The notes under the pieces were generated by a model. The model worked only from the letters and a program-made list of their open reading frames with translations, did not search any database and was not told the origin of the DNA. From Carcharhinus longimanus (taxonomy: Eukaryota): a stretch of DNA of 64,000 bases. Below are positions 48,501 to 61,258 of this stretch, one piece after another. The first letter of the stretch is position 1. Every line of letters begins with the position of its first letter. The position numbers and the translations under genes are program-made. The stretch spans positions 42,284,639 through 42,348,638 of the forward strand of contig JASCQW010000099.1 of the NCBI GenBank assembly GCA_030264375.1, read 5' to 3'.

Positions 48501-50029
48501 ACTTGAGTTCCTGACACATGGGTTTTATACATCCAGGAATATTTTCTTTGGATTCACCCAACTAAATATTTGGGGTGACCAAATTCAGTGTCTTCAGTAT
48601 ACACCAGAAACTTCATTCTAAACCATCAACTCCATCTCTCTTCATGGCTAAACAAGGCTATTCGCCATCTTAAGTTTTCCTGCTTGACCCACAGCTGGAT
48701 ATTGTAACAGAACAGCAATTGATTAAATGCTCATTTTCCTTCTTTTTCAAAGCAGAACTTAAATTCAAATCAGCAGAACTCAAATCATCTCAGTTAATAG
48801 CAATAGTTATGGTCAATAGTTGTTCAAACATCACACTAGAGATTATATGCATAAACTATACTGATTCTCCAACACAGTAGCCGAAGGAGTTATGTATTCT
48901 GGCATCCTTTGGTGAGATAGTCTGCTTCTTCCAGATGTTCAAGTGGTTGTTAAAAACCCTACAACACTGTAGAAAAACAAAATTCCACAGATTTTTTTAT
49001 TGCATGTATTGCATATCATGTACCACATGATATGATCATTTGATAGGAGATACTTGTGGTCATACAAGAAATAAGCCCAGGAGCTTTAATTGGTTACTTT
49101 GCACTCTTAATAATTTAGCTCAGTGAAAATTACTAATGTTACAGTTTACCATGTGGCTGAGAGCAAATAATAGTAATAATTCACACTGGGGAAATGAAAC
49201 ACAAGAATGCTTTTCTCAAGACCACAGTAATCTGACCCTTAAGAAGCTAGTGTCTATTTAAATGTCCTATTTGTGGGAACATCATTATGGAAACCATAGC
49301 TTTCTCGTTACCCTGGTGATTAATGATCAGTCGAATCTCAACTTACAATAAGTGTGCTATTGCAACAGACATTCTTGAGTATATTCAAATAAAGGAGTGT
49401 TTTAATTGTATTGCCTTCAGGATGTCAAAACAGCTTCGTCATGACTCAAGAGATTCTCACGTCCACTTTAACGGTTGAGCAACATCAAAGATGATAATTT
49501 GTTCATTAAGAGCCTAATCTTTTTGTCCATGCTTTGTTTTATAACGGTTGAAATATCTGTAGTATTTGGCATCAGAAAATGAAATCCTAAAGGCTTAATT
49601 TTATGATCCTGAAAGGGGACTAAACAGCAGAGGTGTCTAGAAAATAGTTGCTGAGTGTTATTAGTAGAAGTCCCACCAGCATTTTAGCTGGATGTCATTT
49701 TACAGGTCATGGAAAAGAGTATGAAGCAAGTGTGCCTACCTGTCCCTATCAGAAAAGCCAAGGTCAGACCTTTCACTGAGGTTTCCTGGCTTTCTGTCCT
49801 GCTCACATCTTAAAAGAGGTCATGTTGCAGGTCAGTAAAGAAGTAGAGATAGGGATTACTCCACACAAGGACCAAGTTTTGGATTGAGATTGATTTTGAT
49901 GAGCCCTCTGCTAATTTCTGTATGTAGCAGCCTCATTATCCAAAGGCTACTAAGTGTGGATTGCTTCACAATAATTACTGCAGCTGGTATGGTGATTAAA
50001 TATTGTCATTATTCTGAAACACACTCTAG

Positions 50030-51256
50030 CCACCTAAAATGCCAGACCTTTTTGATTATTGTCTGATGGCTCTGATATCCTTCATTATGAAATGCTTTAG
50101 AAAGTTAGTCATGGCACAAATCAGTTCCTGCCTCCTCCTGCACCCAGATAACAAAGACACCTACGTCAGGCTCCTATTCATAGACTACAGCTCAGCCTTT
50201 AACACCATTATTCCTAAAAGAGTCATCACCAAACTTTGTGGCCTGGGACTCGGTTCCTTCCTCTCCATTGGATCCTAGACTTCCTAACCCACAAGAACAG
50301 GCAACAACAACACCTCCATGATCATCTTCAACGCCGGTGTTCCGCAAGGTTGTGTTTTCAGTCCCTCGCTATACTCCTTATACACCTCCAACTGTATGGC
50401 CAAATTCCAACTCGATTTTCAAGTTTGCTGATGACACCACCGTTGTGGGTTGGATCTCAAACAATGATGAGACACGGTATAAGAGAGAGACAGAGTCTGG
50501 TGAACTGATGCAATGACAATAATCTCTCCCTCAACGTCAACAAAACGAAGGAGATAGCCATCAACTTCAGGAAGCATGGTGGAGGGCACGCCCTGTCTAC
50601 ATCAATGGGGAAGTAGTAGAAATGGTCAAGAACTTCAAGTTTTTAGGTGTCCAGATCACCAACAACCCGTCCTAGTCCGTCCATGCAGACACTATAATTA
50701 AGAAAGCCCAACACCTCTACTTTCTCAGGAGTCTAAGGAAATTTGGCATGTCCACTACAACTCTCACCAACTTCTACAGAATGCACCGTAGAAAGCATTC
50801 TTTCTGTTTGAATCACAGCTTGGTATGGCTCCTGCTCTGAGCAAGACGGCAAGAAACGACAAAAGGTTGTGAATGTAGCCCAATCCACTCAAATCAGCCT
50901 CCCATCCAGTGACACTGCCTGACTTCCCGCTGCCTTGGAAAAGCAGCCAGCATAATCAAGGAGCCCATGCACCCGGACATACTCTTCCATCTTCTTCTGT
51001 CAGAAAAAAGATACAAAGGTCTGAGGTCATGTACTAACTGACTCAAAAACAGTTTCTTCCCTGCTGCCATCAGACATTTGAATGGGCCTACCTCACATTA
51101 AATTGATCTTTCTCTACACCCAAACTATGACTGTAGCACTACAGTCTGTATTCTCACCTTTCCTTCTCTATATACGGTATTCTTTGTCTGCATAGCACGC
51201 ACAAAATAATACTTTTCACTGGATACTAATACATGTGACAATAATAAATCAAATCA
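50030..51256 (+). mobile_element. Rex1/Babar-type LINE, 5'-truncated and frameshifted
   Basis: [18 protein letters not shown] (ORF 50039..50278), aagtttgctgatgacacc (KFADDT), tail aataaatcaaatca. Confidence 0.85.
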
Positions 51257-51484
51257 TCTTTTGGGCAAAAAGAAAAACTGCTGCTCAGAAATTAAAGACA
51301 TACTTCAGTTTTTAAAAGGTTAGAACTGAAGCTGCAATTTATGTATGCTTTGTTTGATTTAATATCAAAAACTGCTACTTGAACAAAGCCTTTCATAGAC
51401 ACATGTTTGTGTAAGGAAAAATAACAGCACTTTGATCCAAGGAATATTACTGACCATGCATATTTCTGTCAATTAAATACTTAC

Positions 51485-51636
51485 AAGTCTTTCTCCTGAC
51501 AACACCTCGAGTAGCTTGATCAGCATCCGGCCATCGCGTAGGTCTGTGTACAAATCTGTGATTCTGCAAGACACTCGTGCCAAGTGCGAGTTTACCCATT
51601 TTGTGAAAGTCTTCTTTTGAACAGCTTCACGCTCGT
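51485..51636 (-). CDS. SPTBN1: SPTBN1 exon 3 (CH1 N-half: [51 protein letters not shown])
   Basis: Manual translation; cag|AC...CTT|gtaagt; 152 nt. Not in the ORF track. Confidence 0.95.
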
Positions 51637-51943
51637 CTGTAAGATACAAACATTGGTTTACTCACTGATCAGCATATCAAGGGAGCATTTGATCTTAACT
51701 TTTAGCTTTAAGTACTTCCAGGTTCTCTGTGACATCTCACTGCCCTCTGCTGAAGTGGAAGGCTTTGAGACAATCTGCCTCTGGGCTGCAGCCCTCAGTA
51801 ATCTTTGCCGTGGGGTAACTAAGTGAATTGATCTGACCCACTACATCCCCACTTGCTCCAAGTAGATCAATTAATGGCTCATTACTGTAAAAATCTAAAA
51901 ACTTTAAACAGTTTCCCTACAGTGATTTAATCAATAATTCGTA

Positions 51944-52212
51944 TTGCTGCCTCACAGCGCCAGGGACCTGTGTTCGATTCTGGCTTTGGGTGACTCTGTG
52001 GAGTTTGCACGCATTGTGTCTGCATGTATTTCCTCCAAGTGTTTTGGTTTCCTCCCACAGTCCAAAGGTGTGTAGGTTAGGTGGATTAGCATGGTAAATG
52101 CATGGGGTTGAGGAGAGGGCTGACCATTAGGCCTAGGTAAGATGCTCTTTTGGAGAATTGGTGCAGACTTGATGGACTGAATGGCCTCCTTCTGCACTGT
52201 AGTGATTCTGTG
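51944..52212 (+). mobile_element. HE1/V-SINE-type SINE
   Basis: tgctgcctcacagcgccagggacctgtgttcgattc...tttcctcccacagtccaaagg...aatggcctccttctgcactgtagtgattct. Confidence 0.85.
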
Positions 52213-52313
52213 GAGGTGGGTTGCTGACCATTCCTATGCATTAGAGGCATTTCATAACTTAATGAAAAGCTGGAAAGTTCAAATTAAACTTCACACATTC
52301 ATATTAATCACAG

Positions 52314-52567
52314 GGCCTTGGGTCACTGTGTGGAGTTTGCACATTCTTCCCATGTCTGCATGGGTTTCCTCTGAGTGCTCTGGTTTTCTCCCACAATCCA
52401 AAGATATGCAGCTTAGGTTGACTGGACATGCTAAATTGACCGTAGTATCAGGCGGATTAGCGGGGTAAATAAATGGGGTTACAGGAATAGGGCTTGGGTG
52501 GGATTGTGGTCGATGCAGACTTGCTGGGCAGAATGGCCTCCTTCTGCACTGTAGGGATTCTATGATC
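52314..52567 (+). mobile_element. HE1/V-SINE-type SINE, 5'-truncated
   Basis: ggccttgggtcactgtgtggagtttgcacattc...gcactgtagggattctatgat. Confidence 0.85.
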
Positions 52568-55349
52568 ATAGAAACCCTCTTTCAGAAAAGATCACTATGA
52601 ATTTAGATCAACTCCTGACTGCAAATGGCATGAATAAATTCAGAATTGGCATCATTTTTAGCTTCATACTTGCCTTTGAACCAGTCATTGTATTAACAAG
52701 AGACATTGGGACCACTTCTATCTTTTTCTTGGTAGCTATATTTAAACTAGATACATAATTCAAAATGTTCAACATATTGCAATGTTTTCAATGATTCGAA
52801 TGGTTATATTTATTACCTCTGTAACAAAGCTTTCTCACTTCTCATATCCTCAATGATAAAATTAGAAGGATCCCTCGTAGAACCTTTGCAGTTTTCAATT
52901 GACATGGCATCTCTAAGATTTGACAGATTTGTAGTGAATCTGGTACAGCTAAGTCAGTGACCACAGACAGTAAATACATAATTAATGCAGAAAAGCAAAC
53001 ATAAATCCCTTGATCTTACTTTCCTGTCACAATCACGCAACTAGGAGTTAGCTTTCATATTTAAGGCTGCGATGCTGTCCTCCATGATTTCTGGAGCTTG
53101 TTATCAAAAGCATTTGATTTTGAAATTTGGCATTTTTAGTCAGGTTTTAATAAAAAGTGTGTCCTTATGCCTTGGCTAAAGGTATCTAAAATTCTGGGGC
53201 ATTAAAAAAGCATAAACACATGCCCCTTTCCATCTTAATATAAGAATTATCTTGTGATTATAAATGAACTTCCATGGCTACAGCTGATTACTGCATCGTG
53301 ACTGATACAGTAATTAGAATTGAAAAGGGTAATGGATGCAATGGGGGTGCTGCCACTGAAATAGAAATTCACATCAAATACAGTGGAGTGTTGCTCAAAC
53401 ACAGGAATTACAGTCCCCAGTGACAGATCTGCAACGCAAGTGTGCACCGTAGCATTTTACAAGAAAATGCAATTTCCTCAAATATTCAAAACAACATGAG
53501 CAGATTTAATGCCCTAGTTACATTAAAAGGCAACCTTCCCTTTTCTCTACTGCGTAGTAGTCTCTTTGTTTATCAAGCTAAGAGAGGACTGGTATGGTCA
53601 GATTATTTATGGATCGCACAAGGACCATTATTCTCACATTTATTCAAACTGCTGCTAAGCAACAAATAAGTGCATCAAATGATCTTCAGCTGAGGCCTGA
53701 GGAATAAATAAATAATTGAGCTTTTCAATCTAGATACTTTATAGGAGGTTTGAAACTGAAAATCTATTATATTCTGCCTGAAAAGAATGAAAATAGCAGA
53801 AAATTAATTTAAGAACTAATTACAACGCACTAATGCTAAGGCTCAAGAGAAATTGGGTTGTATGCAACTACTTACATAACTATAATGCCCTAAAACATAC
53901 CAGAAGATGGTGAACAATCGTGATCTCAAAGTAGAATATAAAGAAAGACATGTTGCCAAAGCTTTCTGCCTTGCAATCAGGGAAACAGCAGCTAAATATG
54001 CTGAATGATGTGATAAACATTTGTGAAAATATATACACCCAAAAATACATGGGACCCACAATATGCAGTTATTTTATTTTACCTCTGGAACAGTGCATCA
54101 CTGTTTAAATTGATCTTTTGAATTGGCATAATACTGTCACTTGTAGTTACAGAATAGAATTTTATTAGAATAGCCACATGGTAATAGAATATTAAATAAG
54201 TTTCTCCTCAACCACATCTGCAAGCAACCAAAAGTTGTCATTATTTGAATACTCATTATGTGCAAGAGACTTAGTTAACAAGACTGCATAATTAATAAAA
54301 AAAATTCAAACTCTTTTTCTTTAAAAAGCATAATGTAGAAAATAAAGAATCATATTGACAAAGCTTAAGTGATGCAGAAATAGACTGCCCATTCAATATA
54401 TATTATTTCTCCTACATTTAACAGGCATCTGATCATGTCAGGGTCATTTCAAAATCATTTCTCTATAAGTACAATATTTATCCAAACTGTATGTACCAGA
54501 CTTTTGTTTTACTTTAGAATTAGTCAGCCATTATGGGTGATAGAGAACATGAACAGTTATCATTATGAGTTAAATCTGTTCACCCTGAAAACTCCCTGTT
54601 GCCAGTTAAGAAACTTACAATCAAATGGTATGTATTTTTAGTTACTCAACAATCTCTGAAGGGACTAGATGATATAGGTGGGGTCTTACTCATCTTACAT
54701 TTTAGTAAGGAAGTTTTCCCATGGGTTTACAAACAGGAGAACACTCTATGAAGAGCTCAACTCAGGAAAAAGGAAACTGCATGAGCAGTTATATTAATAA
54801 TAGGTAGTAATTTAGTGTTATCTTCAAGCAACACTGAAAGGAAGTTTCCTCTTAACGGAAATAACATACGGTTTAGAGTTACCACATTGAGGATTTCAGT
54901 TACTGCATCAATACCACTAGCAGAAAATATGGTTATTTGGTTAACTATATTCACAGAGGGGTTATTTTTCCTCAACCAACTATACTTACAGATACCTTAT
55001 TTTTCCTCCCATCTTTTCCCTGCCTGAAATTCTAAACAGATAGAAGGACAAAAGAAAAATGTAACTTGACACTACATTTTGTAATTACTTTTATCGATCC
55101 AAGACAGATTTTAGCAGTATAAAAACTGCCAAACACCTTGCTATTTAAAAAAAATCTTGTTTGAAAATTTACAATTACGTTCCACATTATAAAATTTAAA
55201 AGTATATCGAGATTCTCAATACAAATAGGAGAAGCATAAATGACATTGAACTATGAATGTGAAATGCTAAGATTAACACAGATACATTATGGACTAATGT
55301 GAAGGAATTTCATTTTCTCTTACATAACAAATCATATGCTCCTTTTTAA

Positions 55350-56812
55350 CTTGTGCATGACAAGTTTTGGATTAACACAGAGTGGAGTATAATCAATTCA
55401 TGCAAGGTCTGGCCACAATAGATTGGAAACAGCTACTAGTGGGAAAACCGACATGAGCATTGGGGCAGGGCGTTCAAAAAGGAAATAGAGAGGGTACAAG
55501 CTCAGCATGTTCTCTCTAGGGTGACAGAAAGGAGTAACAAACCCAGAGAACCGTGGATGACCAGATATATGCAGGATCAGATGAGAGGGAAATGAAAGGC
55601 TTTCAGTAGATACAAGGGGAACAAATCAGCAGAGACATTAGTGAAGTACAGGAAGTACAGGATGGAGCTTAAGAAAGCTATTAAAAAAGCCAAGAGGGGG
55701 CATGAGAAAGTTCTGGCTTCACCCAAAAGAATGAGGACGAAGGTATGGAACTTGGGATTAGACACTGTGAAGTTCTGAGCAAATTGACATTGGGAAGGGC
55801 AAGGGATTGGAGGTGTTGGCAGGCTTAAAAGTGGACAAATCTCCAGGTCCAGATGAATTATGCCTCTGGCTACTGTGTGAGGCAAGAGGAGATTGCAGTG
55901 TCTCTGACTCAAATTTTTAATTCCTTGGGGGAGGTACACACAGTAAGAAGTCTCACAACACCAAGTTAAAGTCCAATAAGTTAATTTGATGGTAAACCCA
56001 GAAGCTTTTGGAACGCTGTTCCTTCATCAGGTGAGTGGAAAGTTGTGATCAGAGATGGGTATATAAAAGCATATATAGGGCATATATATGCCCTTCTCTG
56101 ATCGAAACTTTCCACTCACCTGACAAAGGAACAGCGTTTTGAAAGCTTGTGGGTTTACTATCAAATAAACTTGTTGGACTTCAATCTGGTGTTGTGAGAC
56201 TTCTTACTGTTTACCCCAGTCCAATGCCAGCATCTCCACATTGCAGGGGAGGTCCCAGAGGACTGGAGAACTGCTAAAGTGGTTTTGCTTTTTAAGAAGG
56301 GTTATAAAGGTAAGCCAGGGAGTTATAGATCAATGAGTCTCCATCAGTGGTAGGAAAAGTACTGCAGAAAATTCTGAAGAACAGCACCTATATCCACTTG
56401 GAGGGGAAAAACTTGATTATGGATAGTCAGCATGGCTTCATCAGAGGGAGGTCATGCCCAACAAATCTGATTGATTTTTTGAGATGACCAGGTGTGTAGA
56501 TGACGGTAGTGCAATTGATGTAGTGTATATGGATTTCAGCTAATCTTTTGACAAGGTCTGCATGGCAGACTTATAAAGGAAGCAAAGCACATGGAATACA
56601 GGGTAATTTGATGAAGTGAATTCAAATTTGGCTTAGTTGTAGGAGACAGAGGGTGATGACAGAAGGCTGAAAGCCTGCGTCCAGTGCTGTACCACAGGGA
56701 TCTGTGCTGGGTCCTCTATTATTTGTCATTTATATAAACAACATAGATAACTATGTGGGGAGTAGCATTAATAAGTTTGTGGACAACACAAAATTTGCCT
56801 GGGTGGTTAATA
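55350..56812 (+). mobile_element. CR1 LINE internal fragment (degenerate ORF2), interrupted at 55936-56245
   Basis: ccagaggactggagaactgc (PEDWRTA), agtcagcatggcttc (SQHGF), tatatggatttcagc (YMDFS), gtaccacagggatctgtgctgggtcc (VPQGSVLGP). Confidence 0.85.
55936..56245. mobile_element. Penelope-like inverted terminal repeat pair (long hairpin) with 8-bp target-site duplication
   Basis: 55940-56065 is the imperfect reverse complement of ~56085-56210; GGGGAGGT at 55928-55935 and 56246-56253. Confidence 0.75.
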
Positions 56813-56814
56813 GC

Positions 56815-58155
56815 AGACAAAAACAAAATGCTGGAGAAACTCAGCAGCTCTGACATCATCTGTGGAGAGAGAATAGAGCCAACATTTCAGGATGACCCTT
56901 CTTCAGATTCCCCAGCTAGGGGAAACAACTTCTTAATGTCTACCCTGTGAAGCCCCTTGGAAGTACGCAGTAGGTCTTGCAGCATTGGTAGAGAGAAAAA
57001 CAGAATTAATGTTTCAGGTTGATGACCTTTCATTAGTTCTGATGAAAAGTTATCAAACACAACGGCCATGATCTGGTGGCCGTGTTAACTGTGGATGCAA
57101 ATTCCATTATGGCCGTTAAATCTCACAAGAGGCCCAAAACAGGATCTACGCTAACAAAATTGGTGTTTGGTATTTTCTAAGCACCCCTCTGAAGACATGA
57201 TCACTGTGAAGTCACGTGATGAGCCTTCCAAGAAGTTGACAATCATCGGTGAAGCAGTGGTAGCACTCTCATTGAAGAAATCCTTTGAACAGCAGCCTCT
57301 CTACTTTTCTGGAGTTCTTCAGGTTCGCTGACCAAATCCTTCCTAACTTGGTAGTTCTGCCGAAGAAGCTCCTCATGCCATGCACTTGCATTGGTGACCC
57401 TGGTGAGTTGTTGACAGCTCAGGAGACAGGTGCCCATATTTGAGTGTTAAAACAGTTAATCAGTACCTCAATTGCTTAGCTAACACCTCCAATCCCATAA
57501 GACCATAAGATATAGGAACAGGACTAAAGCCATTCTGCTCTTTGAGCTGACTCCACCATTCAACAGGATCGTGGCTGATCCAACATTCCTCATGTCCACT
57601 TTCCTGCCCTTTCCCACTAGCCTTGATTCCCTTACTGATAAAAAAAATCTATCTCAGCCTTAAATACACACAAGAACTCTGTCCCCACAGCTCTGGGGCA
57701 AGGAGTTCCAAAGACTCTCAACCATTTGCGAGAAGAAATCCCTCATCATCACAGTCATAAAATGGCACCCCGTTATTTTGAGACTATGCCTCTAGTTGTA
57801 TACTTTCCCGTGCGGGGAAACATTCTCTCAGCATTTATCCTGTCAAGTCCCTTAAGAATTCAATATCTCATCTTTGGCATTCCAATGTTTAATGTTTCCT
57901 CATAAAACAACTCCTCCATACCGGGGATCATCCCAGTGAACCTTCTCTGAACTGTCTCCCACCCAGGCAAAACCCAAATGAGGGTGTGATGATGTCAGGG
58001 TAGTGTCACAACTTCAATTTCTGGGGATTTAAACTCCCTACATGCAGTCAGGTCACCCTGTTCTTGCCTATAAAAATTCTGTCTGTTAACTCTGTTTTTC
58101 TCTCTATTGATTCTGCATGACTTGCTGAGTGTTTCCAATTATTTTTGATTTTATC
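56815..58155. mobile_element. Nested cluster: Penelope-like repeats, MITE-like insert from ~57064, and CR1 3' end (57496-57960, minus)
   Basis: aaatgctggagaaactcagcag...gacccttcttcag; inverse arm resumes at 58083; cataagaccataagatataggaacagg is a CR1 tail. Confidence 0.65.
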
Positions 58156-59672
58156 CTGTTTTTCATGGGGTTGCAACAGAATTTTTTTCTGCAGAATATG
58201 ACATGATGCAAGCAGTACAACATAATTTTTTAAACACTCTGTGCTTTCATCTTAAGGAACCACAAAAGAGTTAGCTCAACACTCCTAACACAGAGGATAA
58301 TTTCATGAAAACGTATGTAATGCAGATGAAATTATGCCACAACTTTTTAACAAATAATTCCTGCTTAGAATGTTCAGGAACATTGCTCCCTGGCTGACAG
58401 AAAATATTCCAGGCATCTCCACACTCATCCAAATATTGAGTCTGAAATTGACATTTCTGATTTGTGCAGGGCACATACAAAGGATGTTAATTACCAAATA
58501 ATTGCTGTGGCAATCTTTATTAAACTTGTATCAGTCACTATAATACCCTAACATTCCATTTTTATAATTTGTCAAAAAAGATACCAATATTAAATGTACA
58601 TGTAGGTATGCAAATATTACTCACTGGTTGACTTGAAAACAAAAGAAACAAACGTCCTTGGACGACACAGCTGGTCAATGAAATTCAGGAAACTTAGCCC
58701 TTCCTGCAGAATTAGCCTAACGTAACTTACATACAATAGCAACCTGGATAAGTAAATAAGTAATTATTCATGCATACTNNNNNNNNNNNNNNNNNNNNNN
58801 NNNNNNNNNNNNNNNNNNNNNNNNNNNNNNNNNNNNNNNNNNNNNNNNNNNNNNNNNNNNNNNNNNNNNNNNNNNNNNTTCATGCATACTCAGACATTGC
58901 CAAGTCAAAGTCTGCTTATTTGGGCAAATAAAAGAAACATTTTGGTTGGGGGATGGTGGAAAAGGTAACGAGAGATAGAAGACAAAGGTTTATTAATATT
59001 ATATTACAAATCAAAAAATTGCAATAAATTGTCAGTGTGGTCTGTTTGATGAATACAGACAACTAACATGTACAAACTCCATAATCAACTTTGCAGCTAG
59101 TAATTAACATAAGCAATCAACTAGATCCCCTAATTATGACTTGATCCTCATGCCAGGTTTCACTGAACATACTTTGTATGTGACTTCTGTTTTATTGTTC
59201 AAAAAGTTAAGATCTGAAAATGTTTTTCAGTACTTTGACTTCTACTTCCCCAACTGTTGTTGAAGTGAGCTTTCATCTATCATGTGTGAGCCCTGCCAAA
59301 ACATGTCCTGACAATAGGTACTTCTGAAAATGTGCCCTTAGTAATGAAAATAAAGAATTTCATATATCCACAGGAATCTGTGTGTTTGAAAAGTGGCAAT
59401 TTAATTGGTATTTTATTAATTGGCAAATAAGTTCTATTTACAGTAAATATTAAACTATTTTGACCCCTTGAATAAGAAAACTACACTTTAGAATTAATTT
59501 CAATACGAACATGTTCTGCTGAATTCTTGAATGCTCGACATGGCTGTTTATCTGATTCTCATTATCGATGCTATTCAGAGAGACAGCAATAGTGTGGACG
59601 TGAAATTAGCTCATGATCAGAAAACCAAATTTCAAATGTAGGCCAATCACAAGCAGGCCAATATTTAATAAT

Positions 59673-59805
59673 TTGCACGTTCTCCCAGTGTCTGCTTGGG
59701 TTTCCTCCAGGTGCTCCAGTTTCCTGGTGACCAAGGGAATTTCCAATAACTTCACTGCAGCGTTAATGTAAGCCTTAGCTGTGATTAATAAATTTTTACT
59801 TTTTT
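59673..59805 (+). mobile_element. HE1-type SINE, internally deleted
   Basis: tttgcacgttctcccagtgtctgcttgggtttcctccaggtgctccagtttcct joined to a tail like that of 34480-34541. Confidence 0.7.
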
Positions 59806-61029
59806 AATATTTCAGCAAACTTTGATAAACTTTTAACTCTATTTCCATATTATGTGTAACCAGGATATTCCTTGGGCTAATTTTATGCTTCTGCTTCAAA
59901 TGCAGGGCAACTTTTGACAATGTAATTACGATAGAACTTGCTGAAATATTACCTGAAGCTCCCATTGTTCAAAAACTCTAAGTTTTGGGATGGATTGTAA
60001 AATGGTAGGAACAACAGAAAAACAGAATTATTCAAACTTTGACATATGTAATGACTGATAAGGCAGTGTCGGATTCATTCCCAGAAATAACAGATATGCA
60101 GCTCTAATGTTGCAACCAAATACAGGAAATATTTCATGAAATCAATGAATGCTTCATGTTGTGAATCTCTTTCAACTATATAGACCTAATCATCAAATAC
60201 ATATCCTGACAGTTTGCCAATACAATAAGCTCAGGAATGTGAAATTTCTTATTATATGTACAATGGCAATCTCATTGTCTCTCTGTATTATATTGACTAA
60301 TTCAATGGATTCTGACATACAGGATATAATCATTCTCAGGATGTGGTGCACAAACTTCCACCATAAAACAATAGACGTTACCAAAGATATGTAGAGAACT
60401 TCCATGCAGTCCTTGCCATTTCCCATTTAAAAAAAAGCAAATCATGACCTTTTAACATCTAAATATTGGGAGAAAATTGTGGAGCATGTCCTGCCATAAA
60501 TCAGCATTTCCAGTTACTTTGAATACCTGTTAAAGAAAAATGTGCTGTTGGCAGAATCATTCTTGAATTGCATAGTTATCCCACCATTTTTTTTGCTTTA
60601 TAAGTATAAAAATATATCATATAGAATGCTCCATAACTCTTGAGCTTCTGTCAATAGGGAAATGTTACAACTGCTCTCTACATGCAAAATTTTCCTTTCA
60701 CAGTGGTAAAAGGAAAGGAAACTATCCCATTCTTTGATGTGTTACTACTAGAAGTTATGTTTTTCCACAAATACCTAACTTAAACCCACTCTTCTGGTGA
60801 AGTATTGCAGCAGAATTAACTTTGAATTTTCTGACTGTGCCTGCATGATATATGTGCAAGTAGTTGATATACACCTGCCCTTCCTAAGCTGTAATTAGGT
60901 TTTGTAGCACTTCTTATATTTACATTTGCTTGTGTAAACATGGTACAGTAGAATAATTTTTAAAAATTTCATGGGATGTGGGCATCGATTAGGCCAACAT
61001 TTATTGCTGATCTCTAACTGCCCTCAAGG

Positions 61030-61258
61030 TTTAGAACGGAGTTGAGGAGGAACTTCTTCACTCAAAGGGTGGTGAATCTCTGGAATTCTCTGCCCGTTGA
61101 AGNNNNNNNNNNNNNNNNNNNNNNNNNNNNNNNNNNNNNNNNNNNNNNNNNNNNNNNNNNNNNNNNNNNNNNNNNNNNNNNNNNNNNNNNNNNNNNNNNN
61201 NNAGGGCTAGATGGCCTACTCCTGCTCCTATTTCTTATGTTCTTATTATGATCTTATG
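61030..61258 (+). mobile_element. CR1 3' end (gap inside)
   Basis: RRNFFTQRVVNLWNSLP motif; tail atggcctactcctgctcctatttcttatgttctta. Confidence 0.85.

Larger units (their letters stand above)
105..51636 (-). other. SPTBN1: Beta-II spectrin gene, partial span (28 internal coding exons; both ends outside window)
   Basis: Exon translations join in phase into CH1-CH2 followed by spectrin repeats and closely match vertebrate SPTBN1 as I recall it. All junctions are GT..AG except the exon 17 acceptor. Confidence 0.95.
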
